Below the pieces are notes generated by a model. It saw only the letters and a list, made by a program, of their open reading frames with translations, had not been told where the DNA came from and made no database searches. From contig SVTB01000001.1 in assembly GCA_015064015.1 (NCBI GenBank), forward strand, positions 2,762 to 66,761: a DNA stretch of 64,000 nt, in the 5' to 3' direction. This stretch comes from Oscillospiraceae bacterium (GTDB taxonomy: Bacteria > Bacillota > Clostridia > Oscillospirales > CAG-272). Made by a program: the position numbers and the translations under genes. This document shows positions 36,861 to 45,825 of the stretch, in pieces; position 1 is the stretch's first letter, and each line of letters opens with the position of its first letter.

Positions 36861-39677
36861 ATGAAAGCGAACAAAAAAATTCTCGCTCTGCTGCTCGCGC
36901 TGATCATGGCTTTGTCGGCTATGGTTACGGTTTTCACGGGCTGCACGGGCTCCGCCGACCCCGGCGAAACTTCCACGGGTACTCAGGAAACTCAGCCTTC
37001 CGAGACCACCCCGCCTTCCTCCGACAACAAGGTCAGCTATAGTGTCAAGCTGCAGACCATGGGCGGTATGCTCATGGAGGGCATCAACGTCTACGTATAC
37101 AGCAACGAGGCACTGGACGAAATGGTGGAGTATACCGCCACCGACAAAAACGGTGTCGCGCAGTTCTCTCTCAAGTACAGCAGCGACTACCGCATCGTGC
37201 TTTCGGGCATTCCCGCAGGCTATAACGTAGAAGACAGCTATACCTTCGACACATCCCGCAACGCGAATATCACCCTCTCCTCCTCGGTTATCTCCGATAC
37301 CGACCTGAGCGGCGTCAACTACAAGCTGGGCAGCGTCATGCACGACTTCACCGTAACGGATTCCGACGGTGTCTCCCACACCCTCTCCAAGATCCTCAAG
37401 GAGAAGAAGGCCTGCGTGCTGAACTTCTGGTATACCACCTGCTCCTATTGCGTAGAGGAATTCCCCTATCTGAACGCCACCTATGAGGCTTACAAGGATA
37501 AGGTCGAGGTTCTCGCTCTGAACAACTACAGTAGCGATGACGAGGAGTCCGTCAAGCTGTTCAAGTCCTCTTACGGTCTTACCTTCCCCATGGCCAAGGA
37601 CTACTCCGCTTTGGGTAACGCCATCGGCCTGGAAGGCTATCCCACCACCGTGGTCATTGACCGCTACGGTGTCATCGTGCTTTCCATCACCGGCGGCACC
37701 TCCGAGGCCGTGTTCCGCGCCGCCTTTGAATATGTTTCCTCCGACGAGTACCAGCAAAAGCTGTTCCAAAACATGGAGGATCTGGTTCCCGCAGAAAAGC
37801 CCAATATTCAAATGCCTTCCTCCGATGAGATGGCCGCCGTTCTCAATAAGGGTGACATCACCGTTACCTATGCCCCCGAGACCGCGATGCCCGATGCCGA
37901 ATATTCCTGGCCCTTCATCATCGGCGAAAAGAACGGAACCGCTTGCGTCTACCCATCCAATGCGGGTAAGGATAATTCCTTCGCTATGCTGTATGCCAAC
38001 GTAGAGCTGAAGGCGGGTCAGGCTTTGGCCTTTGACTTCCTGTCCTCCTCTGAATCCGCCGCCGACATTCTGTTCGTGCTGGTGGATCGAAAGGATGTCT
38101 ACCAGATCTCCGGCGAAAGCGCCGATTGGGCCACCTGTTATCCCTTCGTAGCCATTGAGGACGGCACCTACGAGCTCGCGCTCTGCTATTTCAAGGATGA
38201 ATCCACCAATGTAGGCGACGATACAGTTTATCTGAAGGATCTGCGCGTTGTCTCCGCCGACAGCATCAATGCTCCCACTTATATCCCCCGCTTTGCCGCC
38301 AACCACCTCCGCGAGGATGGTTTTGGCTACGAGAGTTATGTTTCCGTCGTTTATAACGAGGCTGACGGCTACTATCACGTGGGCACCGCGGACGGACCCA
38401 TCCTTTTGGCTGACCTTATGGGCTCCACTCGCTTCTCCGGAGAGTCCGTCTACAGCCTTGCCTACAACGGCAAAATCATCGTCGAGGGCAAAAACTATTA
38501 CGAAGCCATTCTTCCTTACTGCACTATGGCCTCCAACGCCACCGTCAACGGCCTGTGCAGCGTTACCAAGGAGCTTGCCGAGCTTCTCAAGATCGTGGCT
38601 GTTGCCGAGGGTATCGAGACCGGCAACGAGAATCAGTGGTTGCAGATGTGCTGCTACTACGATGCCTACGGCACGAACGGCGTTCAATTCCCCAGCCCCG
38701 TGTTAGGTCTCTCTGCAGAGACAGCCTACAAGGCACAGCTGGGTGACGAAAACTATGTAACCTACACCCGCGTGATCATGCCCCGTGGTCTGTGGTATGA
38801 ATTCATTCCCACCCAATCCGGCGCATACCGCATCACCTCCCACAGCGATATTTTGGTGGAAGGCTGGATCTTCATGGCTGACAAGACGCAGTATTATGAG
38901 TACGGCGGCGGTGAGCGCCTGTACTTTATGACCCAGCCCGAGGCTTATGCCACAAACGTCTCCATGGTCGTCTATATGGAGGCCGGCACTCCCTATTATA
39001 TCGACATCGCCTACGGCGACGTATATCAGGTTGGCACTTTCAACTTCAGCGTAGAATATTTGGGCGAGAGCTACAAGCAGTTTACCGCCGCTTCACCCGG
39101 ATTCTACACCGTACCCGATGACGGTGAAATCTCCGATGATCCCGCTGTCATTGAGGCTCTCGGCATTGACGTTATGCTGGGCGCCGATGGCTACTATCAT
39201 GAAAAGCTGGCCGACGGCTCCGAGGGCTCCATCGTATATGCCGACTTCACCCAGGCCTCCGTGCTCTTCAATATGAGCATCAACGAAATGATCGAGCTTG
39301 GCGCCTTCGACTTCTCCCGTACCGAGACGGATCAGCAGGTTCAGACCTATATCAATCAGTACGGTGACAAGACTAAGGAAAAGCTCAAGGAAATCTACGG
39401 CGATAGCTTCGACGAGTGGGCCGAATTTGTTAAGCTGGATGAATGTTTGGCAGGCATCACCCATGGCGCGGGCAAAAATATGACCGATGCCATCAAGGCT
39501 TTCGCGGCTTTGGCCATTACTGATGAATCCACCCCTGAGCTGGTGGGCTGTGTGCCCGTCAACGCCGAGCTCATGGAGCTTCTTCAGGCTCTCGTAGGAA
39601 AATATTCCTTCGGTGTGGAAAACGCTTGGCTTAAGGTGTGCTACTACTACAGAAACGTGAATCACGTTGGCGCATAA
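36861..39677 (+). CDS. 938-aa lipoprotein: CarboxypepD_reg-like domain, TlpA/ResA-like thioredoxin domain (CSYC), beta-sandwich/PPC-like domains and two copies of an unrecognised Cys-containing module
   Basis: Lipobox VFTGC. KVSYSVKLQT..DKNGVAQFSL has a prealbumin-like pattern. ACVLNFWYTTCSYCVEEFPYL..GYPTTVVIDRYG is the TlpA family pattern. Module copies end QWLQMCCYYDAYG and AWLKVCYYYRNV. The opposite-strand 614-aa ORF is a shadow. Confidence 0.88.
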   Translation: MKANKKILALLLALIMALSAMVTVFTGCTGSADPGETSTGTQETQPSETTPPSSDNKVSYSVKLQTMGGMLMEGINVYVYSNEALDEMVEYTATDKNGVAQFSLKYSSDYRIVLSGIPAGYNVEDSYTFDTSRNANITLSSSVISDTDLSGVNYKLGSVMHDFTVTDSDGVSHTLSKILKEKKACVLNFWYTTCSYCVEEFPYLNATYEAYKDKVEVLALNNYSSDDEESVKLFKSSYGLTFPMAKDYSALGNAIGLEGYPTTVVIDRYGVIVLSITGGTSEAVFRAAFEYVSSDEYQQKLFQNMEDLVPAEKPNIQMPSSDEMAAVLNKGDITVTYAPETAMPDAEYSWPFIIGEKNGTACVYPSNAGKDNSFAMLYANVELKAGQALAFDFLSSSESAADILFVLVDRKDVYQISGESADWATCYPFVAIEDGTYELALCYFKDESTNVGDDTVYLKDLRVVSADSINAPTYIPRFAANHLREDGFGYESYVSVVYNEADGYYHVGTADGPILLADLMGSTRFSGESVYSLAYNGKIIVEGKNYYEAILPYCTMASNATVNGLCSVTKELAELLKIVAVAEGIETGNENQWLQMCCYYDAYGTNGVQFPSPVLGLSAETAYKAQLGDENYVTYTRVIMPRGLWYEFIPTQSGAYRITSHSDILVEGWIFMADKTQYYEYGGGERLYFMTQPEAYATNVSMVVYMEAGTPYYIDIAYGDVYQVGTFNFSVEYLGESYKQFTAASPGFYTVPDDGEISDDPAVIEALGIDVMLGADGYYHEKLADGSEGSIVYADFTQASVLFNMSINEMIELGAFDFSRTETDQQVQTYINQYGDKTKEKLKEIYGDSFDEWAEFVKLDECLAGITHGAGKNMTDAIKAFAALAITDESTPELVGCVPVNAELMELLQALVGKYSFGVENAWLKVCYYYRNVNHVGA

Positions 39678-39692
39678 ATGATACCACTTACA

Positions 39693-39726
39693 GGGCAGAT
39701 CACTTGTGTGATCTGCCCCGCTTTTG
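39693..39726 (+). terminator. intrinsic terminator after the 938-aa lipoprotein gene
   Basis: Stem GGGCAGATCAC ttgt GTGATCTGCCC followed by CGCTTTTGG, 16 nt after the stop. Confidence 0.75.
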
Positions 39727-39777
39727 GTTGCTACTGCCTTTATGGCGTGGATAATTTTGTAAATTTTTTTAAAACGC

Positions 39778-39806
39778 TTGCAATCCGGCGCGTAAAGTGC
39801 TATAAT
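39778..39806 (+). promoter_or_regulatory. sigma-A type promoter of the second lipoprotein gene
   Basis: TTGCAA, 17 nt, TATAAT, 52 nt upstream of ATG 39858. Confidence 0.65.
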
Positions 39807-39857
39807 AAGGCGCATATGTCTCAAAACAAGCAATCGAAAAAGTTAGGAGGATCCCCC

Positions 39858-41120
39858 ATGAGGCACTTTTTCCGCCCTGCAACCCTGTTAACTGCGGGCT
39901 TGCTGGCCGTCACCCTGCTCACGGGTTGCCAAGCCGAAACCGATCTCCCAAATGAATCTATGTCCTCTACGGAAACTGACATACAAACCGAAGCCGCCGC
40001 ATCTACGTTGGATTACACCGTCACCGTTTTGGATTATCAGGGAACCCCCCTGTCCGACGTGGTCGTTACCATCCTCAAAGCCGGCGAGGAAGTTAAGAAA
40101 AACGTCTCTAAGGCCGACGGCACCGCCAAATTCAAGCTGGATGCTGACAACTACGAGGTCTCCGTCACCTCTACGGCAGGGGATTTCTACTACGATGCCC
40201 AAACGGCAGTTCTCTCCCCCAACGCGACAAGCCTGACCCTGACCCTTTACAGTAAGGCAAGCACAGAACACGCCGTCACCATTTGGCCCGCAGGCGGCGA
40301 AAGGAACGCACTCCCCGTAGGCGAAGGCGCTACCTTTGTAGCCCTCGACGGCGGCATGACCTACGTGGTCTTCCGTCCCGAACGCGACGGTGTCTACGAG
40401 ATCTCCTATTTGGCCGACGGCAACATTGATCTGGGTTATTACGGCTCTCCTATGGTGGTCTTTGACACCAAGATGTTGGAAACCATCGACAATAAAATAA
40501 TTCTCTCCGTTCACGCCTCCAGCATCAACACAGAAGGCGCCACCGCCATGTTCGTGTTCGGTTTAGAGCCCGATGCCGTGGAAACCGACGGCTGTATCGT
40601 CACCGTCACCCGCACGGGGGATCCCGAAAAAACCCCCGCCGATGAGCCTTGGATCGAGTATAGGCCCACCCAGGTCAAGGCCTATGAGGGTACTGTGAGC
40701 GGCACATTTAAAGATATTGACGTAACCAATCCCTCCGTGACTGTTGTCTATAACGAGACTGACGGTTACTACCATTATGGCACCGCCGACGGTCCCGTGG
40801 TGTTCATCCGTATCACCACCGACAGCCCATATTTGGCCGCGCTGACCACGGTGGCTGAAAAGAGCCGCGTGGGTGTTTATCAGTACGATGAAAACGGCAA
40901 GTTCACAGGCAAGGAAAGCTATCACAATATGATCGCCGCCTATGCAGAGATTGTCAACGGTGACGGTGTCTGCCCCCTGACCCCCGAGCTGGAGTACATG
41001 ATCAAGACCTTTGGCGAATATCAAAAATGGTGGGATCTGTCCTTTAGCGGCAACATCTTCCAAGATAAGATCGTCGCTCCCGAAACAGCCTGGCTGTTTA
41101 TCTGCGGTTACTACGCGTAA
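39858..41120 (+). CDS. 420-aa lipoprotein: CarboxypepD_reg-like domain, PPC-like beta-sandwich and one copy of the Cys-containing module
   Basis: ORF 39678.. trimmed to ATG 39858, with AGGAGG 7 nt upstream. Lipobox LLTGC. VVYNETDGYYHYGTADGPVVF...GVCPLTPELEYMIK...AWLFICGYYA is paralogous to the upstream gene. Confidence 0.85.
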   Translation: MRHFFRPATLLTAGLLAVTLLTGCQAETDLPNESMSSTETDIQTEAAASTLDYTVTVLDYQGTPLSDVVVTILKAGEEVKKNVSKADGTAKFKLDADNYEVSVTSTAGDFYYDAQTAVLSPNATSLTLTLYSKASTEHAVTIWPAGGERNALPVGEGATFVALDGGMTYVVFRPERDGVYEISYLADGNIDLGYYGSPMVVFDTKMLETIDNKIILSVHASSINTEGATAMFVFGLEPDAVETDGCIVTVTRTGDPEKTPADEPWIEYRPTQVKAYEGTVSGTFKDIDVTNPSVTVVYNETDGYYHYGTADGPVVFIRITTDSPYLAALTTVAEKSRVGVYQYDENGKFTGKESYHNMIAAYAEIVNGDGVCPLTPELEYMIKTFGEYQKWWDLSFSGNIFQDKIVAPETAWLFICGYYA

Positions 41121-41184
41121 CCCCTTCCCTATCGTAGCTTAACGGCTAAATATACACGAAAAATTTTTATTGGAGGTTCATACA

Positions 41185-42636
41185 ATGAACAAGAAAACTC
41201 TCACAGGGCTTCTGTCCGTGCTGTGCGTGCTTCTCTGCTCTTTGGTGATCTTCTGCGCTTGCACCGGCGAAAACACCCCCGCCGAGACCAATGCGACTGA
41301 AGCACCCACCGAGGCACCCGCAACCGAGACCGTTCCCGAAACCAACGAAGAAACCAATCCCGAGACCGACCCCGAGACCGTCGTCGACGGTAAGGTCACC
41401 TACACCATCATCGTCGTTGACGCTGACGGCAACCCCGTAGAGGGTGTTGAAGTGCAGATGTGCGACGTTGACGGCACCTGCCTCCTGCCCGTAAAGACCG
41501 ACGCCAACGGTGTCGCCACCTTTGAAAAGGACGAGGCTACCTACTACGTCACCATCGCCGCTTGCCCCGAAGGCTTTGTCGCTGACAGCGAGACCAAGCA
41601 CAACTTCGCCGAGGGTACTACCGAGATGACCGTGACCATCGAGAAGGCCGCTGCAGAGCAGCCCTCCGAGGAGCCCACCGAAGAGCCTACCGAGGAGCCT
41701 ACGGAAGCTCCCACCGAGCCCGAGAAGTATCCCGCATGGGAGGATGCCAAGGACGTTGTCACTCACCAGTCCTTTGACCAGCTCTACACCGGCACCGGCA
41801 CGGCTGACGAGGCCACCAACGGCGGTCTGAATCTGTTTACCCCCGGCGCTTCCGCTGATTGGGATCGCATCGCTGACCTTACCAATTCCGATGCCACCGC
41901 CCTCACCTACTGGGGTTGGGTCGGCGTGAAGGGTACAGTTGGACAGTTCGGCTACATGATCGACGACAATACCCCCATCTACAACGACGAATGGACTCAT
42001 GCCACTGAGCAGCCCGTCATTGACGCCGCTCTCGCCTTCGGTGGTGACACCGGTTCTCGCATGAAGATCGCCATCGACCTCTCCGGTCTGATCGGCGAGC
42101 ACACCGTTCGCGTACTGTACAAGTCCGTTGACGGCGCAGAAATCACCCTTTGCCTGTTCACCGTCAAGCTGGCTCTTCCCGAGGTATATTACGCATCCAA
42201 CCACTCCTCCGACATTCTCCAGATCATTAGCACCGATCTCGTTCCCTCTGAACACGTTTACACACCCGGTACTTACAACGAGTGGGAAGAAAAGACCTTC
42301 ACCCTGAAGGTAGGCCAGACCGGCGGCTTCTGGGATCTGGGCTTTGTGGCTCTGAACACCGACGTTTATGAGTTTGGTTATCTCTTTGGCGGCGCCAGCC
42401 CTCTGAATAACGGCGCGTACTTCTTCCCCGGTGCCGCTTACACCGCTATGGTAACCGCTGATCAGCTGGCAACCGCTCAGGAGCTGGGTTACAGCACTGC
42501 CGGTGCATTCCAGTGCATGTGTGCTGAGGCCGCTCTGGGTGTTGGCGAGAACTATATCCAGGTCGTTGTTAAGCTGAACAACAGCAACGATGAGATTTAT
42601 GTACTCCGCGAGTACACCGTCATCCTCGAAGCTTAA
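41185..42636 (+). CDS. 483-aa lipoprotein: PT/E-rich linkers, CarboxypepD_reg-like domain, C-terminal beta-sandwich-like domains
   Basis: ORF 41170 (TTG) trimmed to ATG 41185, with GGAGG 8 nt upstream. Lipobox IFCAC. GKVTYTIIVVDADGNPVEGVEVQMCD..TDANGVATFE. Linker EQPSEEPTEEPTEEPTEAPTEPE. Confidence 0.85.
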   Translation: MNKKTLTGLLSVLCVLLCSLVIFCACTGENTPAETNATEAPTEAPATETVPETNEETNPETDPETVVDGKVTYTIIVVDADGNPVEGVEVQMCDVDGTCLLPVKTDANGVATFEKDEATYYVTIAACPEGFVADSETKHNFAEGTTEMTVTIEKAAAEQPSEEPTEEPTEEPTEAPTEPEKYPAWEDAKDVVTHQSFDQLYTGTGTADEATNGGLNLFTPGASADWDRIADLTNSDATALTYWGWVGVKGTVGQFGYMIDDNTPIYNDEWTHATEQPVIDAALAFGGDTGSRMKIAIDLSGLIGEHTVRVLYKSVDGAEITLCLFTVKLALPEVYYASNHSSDILQIISTDLVPSEHVYTPGTYNEWEEKTFTLKVGQTGGFWDLGFVALNTDVYEFGYLFGGASPLNNGAYFFPGAAYTAMVTADQLATAQELGYSTAGAFQCMCAEAALGVGENYIQVVVKLNNSNDEIYVLREYTVILEA

Positions 42637-42644
42637 TACTTTTG

Positions 42645-42677
42645 ATCCCACCCCTTTTTTGGGGGTGGGATTTTTTG
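42645..42677 (+). terminator. intrinsic terminator after the lipoprotein triad
   Basis: Stem ATCCCACCCC ttttttg GGGGTGGGAT followed by TTTTT. Confidence 0.85.
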
Positions 42678-42773
42678 ATTTCACGGTTGAATCTGCAATT
42701 TTTTTGGGAATATGTCCATACTAAAAACAGGAGCCCTTGATCAGCTCCACCTCATTGTGAAAGGAATTAACGT

Positions 42774-43250
42774 ATGGAAACAGCAACCAAAGTCTCCGCC
42801 GTCGGAGAAGAAAAGAAATCCCCGGCCGTGGAATTAGCCACCGAGCTCTACAAAAACATTACCATGGGCAGCGATGCCATCATTCACCTGCTCCCCAAGG
42901 TTAAGGATAACGGCATGAAGACCTCTATGACCGCCTCTATGTGCTATTACGAAAAAGCCGCAGGCAAGGTCAAAGCATTTCTCAAGGAACACGGTGCCGA
43001 AGCCAAGGAAGAGCCGCTCATGACCCGTATGGCCTCCCGTATGGGTATCGTCATGAATACTGCCTTGGATGCCACGTCCTCTCATATCGCCCAAATGCTC
43101 ATTGAGGGCTCTACCATGGCTATCACCGAAGCCACCCGCCTGTGCCACAGATTTGAGAGACAGGCGGGTTGCGAAGAGATGCTGACCGTGGCAAAAGAGC
43201 TGGCGGAATTTGAGCAGGCTCACATTGAAAAGCTCAAGTCTTTCTTGTGA
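42774..43250 (+). CDS. hypothetical all-helical cytoplasmic protein (158 aa)
   Basis: GAAAGGA upstream of the ATG. Helix-rich sequence with no signal peptide. I recognise no family with confidence. Confidence 0.6.
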   Translation: METATKVSAVGEEKKSPAVELATELYKNITMGSDAIIHLLPKVKDNGMKTSMTASMCYYEKAAGKVKAFLKEHGAEAKEEPLMTRMASRMGIVMNTALDATSSHIAQMLIEGSTMAITEATRLCHRFERQAGCEEMLTVAKELAEFEQAHIEKLKSFL

Positions 43251-43350
43251 TTTTCAAGTTTTTTTCGCTCTTCTGCCCTTTTTCGTGGGTGTTGCCCAAA
43301 AAAATGACGGTCAAACAGGAATTTTTCTCAACAAAAATTCAAAAAAGCTC

Positions 43351-43379
43351 TTGCATTTCAAGGAAAAGTGTGTTATACT
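43351..43379 (+). promoter_or_regulatory. sigma-A type promoter of the rimP-nusA-infB operon
   Basis: TTGCAT, 17 nt, TATACT. Confidence 0.65.
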
Positions 43380-43399
43380 GTTAATGTAGAAGAGTATGG

Positions 43400-43440
43400 T
43401 AAGAGTGGGTTTCGCAAAATCCACTCTTAACTTTTGTTTC
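43400..43440 (+). promoter_or_regulatory. leader hairpin plus U-rich tract (candidate attenuator) upstream of rimP
   Basis: Stem TAAGAGTGG (12-nt loop) CCACTCTTA followed by ACTTTTGTTTC. Lies between the promoter and the rimP RBS. Confidence 0.5.
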
Positions 43441-43473
43441 GGAAAATGCTTCACAAGCAGGAAAGGAGCCCTT

Positions 43474-43995
43474 ATGTCAGACCAGCAGACACCTGCCAAT
43501 AAGCCGCTTCGCGCCATTCGCCGTCCCTCCGGGAGCCGCTCCCGCGTGGCCGAGGTCGTGCGTGAGCTCATTACCCCCGTGGCCGACGAGCTCGGTTATT
43601 TCCTCTGGGATGTAGAATACGTCAAGGAGGGCGCGGATATGATCCTTCGTGTTACCATCGACACCGACGAGGGCATTACCATCGACGATTGTGAACGCAT
43701 GACACGCGCCATTGATCCCCTTTTGGACGAAGCCGATCCCATTGAAGCCGCCTATCTTTTGGAGGTATCCTCCCCCGGCATTGAGAGAGATTTGACCCGC
43801 CCCGAGCACTTTGAGGTCTGCATCGGAGACGAGGTGGAGCTCCGTCTATTCGCCCCCATCGACGGCAGCAAGATTTGGCGCGGCATCCTCAAGGGACTAA
43901 CCGAAGAAGGTCAGATCGTCATTGAGGTAGCCGGCAACGATCGTGCCTTCGAGACCTCTGCCGTATCCAAAACCAAGACCGTCTTTGATTTTTAA
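43474..43995 (+). CDS. rimP: ribosome maturation factor RimP
   Basis: ORF 43396.. trimmed to ATG 43474, with AAAGGAG upstream. LLEVSSPGIERDLTRPEHF is the RimP signature. Located upstream of nusA. Confidence 0.9.
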   Translation: MSDQQTPANKPLRAIRRPSGSRSRVAEVVRELITPVADELGYFLWDVEYVKEGADMILRVTIDTDEGITIDDCERMTRAIDPLLDEADPIEAAYLLEVSSPGIERDLTRPEHFEVCIGDEVELRLFAPIDGSKIWRGILKGLTEEGQIVIEVAGNDRAFETSAVSKTKTVFDF

Positions 43996-44049
43996 TTGGT
44001 CTATATTATTCACACATAAAAAATAAATGATCCGAAAGGAAGAACGAGT

Positions 44050-45075
44050 ATGAACGCGGAATTCTTCGCCGCCCTTGAACAGCTTGAAAAGGAAAAGGGC
44101 ATTCCCCAGTCTTATATGCTTGAAAAGATCGAGGCTACCCTCCTCTCTGCTTTTAAGAAGGAGTACGGTGCCACGGCCATGATGCGCATTGACATGAACA
44201 CCGAAAAGAAAAAGATGAAGGTATTCCGTCAGCGCACCGTCGTAGAAGAGGTACTGGATCCCGCCTGCGAGATCACCCTGGAAGAGGCCAAGACCATTTC
44301 CAAACGCGCTACCTTGGGTGGCGTAGTGGAAAACGAGGTTAAAACCGAGAACTTCCGCCGTCTCAGCGCCGCAGCCGGTAAGTCCATCTTCATTCAGGCC
44401 ATCCGTGAGGGTGAGCATCAAGCCGCTCAGGAAGCCTACCGCAACCGCAAGGAGGAGATCATGACGGCTACCGTCAGCAAGATCAATCTCCCCGACGGCG
44501 CTATCCTTCTGGAAATGGATAAGGGTACCAACATCCTGACCCTGTCTGAGCAAATCCCCGGCGAGCAGTTCACCGTGGGCCAAAAGCTCAAGGTCTACGT
44601 GACCGAGATCAACAAAGATGTCAGCGAGCCCGTGGTCAATCTTTCCCGCATACACCCCAAGATGGTATGGCGTCTCTTTGAGCTGGAGGTTCCCGAGATT
44701 CAGGAGGGTGTCGTTCTGGTCAAGGGTGTATCCCGCGAGGCCGGCTCTCGCTCCAAAATCTCCGTGATCTCCCGCGATCCCGATGTGGATGCCGTTGGCG
44801 CTTGTATCGGTACCCACAACATGAGAATTGATAATATTCTCTCCGAGCTTGATGGTGAGAAAATCGACATCATCACCTATAGCGATATCCCCGAAGAATA
44901 CATCGCCGCCGCGCTGGCCCCCGCTACCGTCAATTCCGTAACCATGATTGACGAGCGCAGCTGCGTGGTCAAGGTCAACGCCGACCAGCTGTCCCTGGCC
45001 ATCGGCGCCAAGGGTCAAAACGTGCGTCTGGCCGCCAGACTCACCGGCTACAAGATCGATATCAAGGCTGAATAA
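44050..45075 (+). CDS. nusA: transcription termination/antitermination factor NusA
   Basis: 341 aa. N-terminal domain, S1 and two KH regions ([55 protein letters not shown]). Confidence 0.95.
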   Translation: MNAEFFAALEQLEKEKGIPQSYMLEKIEATLLSAFKKEYGATAMMRIDMNTEKKKMKVFRQRTVVEEVLDPACEITLEEAKTISKRATLGGVVENEVKTENFRRLSAAAGKSIFIQAIREGEHQAAQEAYRNRKEEIMTATVSKINLPDGAILLEMDKGTNILTLSEQIPGEQFTVGQKLKVYVTEINKDVSEPVVNLSRIHPKMVWRLFELEVPEIQEGVVLVKGVSREAGSRSKISVISRDPDVDAVGACIGTHNMRIDNILSELDGEKIDIITYSDIPEEYIAAALAPATVNSVTMIDERSCVVKVNADQLSLAIGAKGQNVRLAARLTGYKIDIKAE

Positions 45076-45092
45076 GTCAGGAGGTGCGCCAC

Positions 45093-45395
45093 ATGAGCGG
45101 TAAATCTCCCGCCACAGGCGGAAAAATCAAAAAGATCCCCATGCGGCAGTGCCTTGGTTGTAATGAGCACAAGCCCAAAGGAGAGCTTCTGCGGGTGGTG
45201 CGCAGTCCCGAGGGAGAAGTTTCCTTGGACTTTACGGGCAAGAAATCAGGCAGAGGTGCCTATATCTGTCATTCTCTCGCCTGTCTCAAAAAGGTGCGTA
45301 AGAGCCGCCGTTTGGAGCATAACCTTGAGTGTCCCATCTCCCCTGAGGTCTACGACCGCATGGAAGCCGAGCTGACACAGGAGGAAAACGTATGA
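45093..45395 (+). CDS. ylxR: YlxR/RnpM family RNA-binding protein (DUF448)
   Basis: ORF 45084 (GTG) trimmed to ATG 45093, with AGGAGG 8 nt upstream. [28 protein letters not shown] is the DUF448 signature. Confidence 0.85.
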   Translation: MSGKSPATGGKIKKIPMRQCLGCNEHKPKGELLRVVRSPEGEVSLDFTGKKSGRGAYICHSLACLKKVRKSRRLEHNLECPISPEVYDRMEAELTQEENV

Positions 45396-45730
45396 AAGAC
45401 GTAAACACCTCCGATGAACGACACCTGCTCTCCACACTGGGTCTCTGCCGCCGCGCAGGCGGGCTCATATCAGGAACGCCTATGGTATGTAATGCCATGA
45501 GAGAAAAGAAAGGTGTGTTAGCTGTCATCGAAGCAGCCGACACCTCGGAAAACACCCACGAAAAGCTGTCATCCAAATGCGCTTTTTATCAAGTTCCTCT
45601 TTACCGCATTTCGGTTTCTACCCAAGACCTGGCACGCGCCATCGGAAAATCCGGCGCCGTAGCCGCCGTGGGCATCATCCACGAGGGGCTTATGACCGCC
45701 ATTCAAAAGCATCTTTCCCGGAATCCCTGA
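45392..45730 (+). CDS. ylxQ: L7Ae-family ribosome-associated protein (YlxQ type)
   Basis: 112 aa. ATGA overlap with ylxR. LGLCRRAGGLISG motif. Conserved position before infB. Confidence 0.85.
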   Translation: MKDVNTSDERHLLSTLGLCRRAGGLISGTPMVCNAMREKKGVLAVIEAADTSENTHEKLSSKCAFYQVPLYRISVSTQDLARAIGKSGAVAAVGIIHEGLMTAIQKHLSRNP

Positions 45731-45825
45731 CAGGATTGGGTAATCTTTCCCTGCTTGTCACAAACGACACGTTCGAATTTTAAAACATATGTATGCCGCC
45801 GCAAAGCGGCGGAATGGAGATTTAT

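Noticed and set aside
36843-38687. 614-aa minus-strand ORF antisense to the 938-aa lipoprotein gene. Similar long antisense ORFs: 45976-48609 (877 aa), 25441-27333 (630 aa), 18465-20171 (568 aa), 4195-5595, 9166-10254, 41167-42684, 43897-45018, 14399-15214 and 22972-23721.
   Set aside because: These are shadow ORFs typical of GC-rich codon usage. Their translations are low-complexity (G/V/A/H/D-rich) with no motifs. The opposite strand carries clear signal peptides, catalytic motifs and RBS-start pairs.
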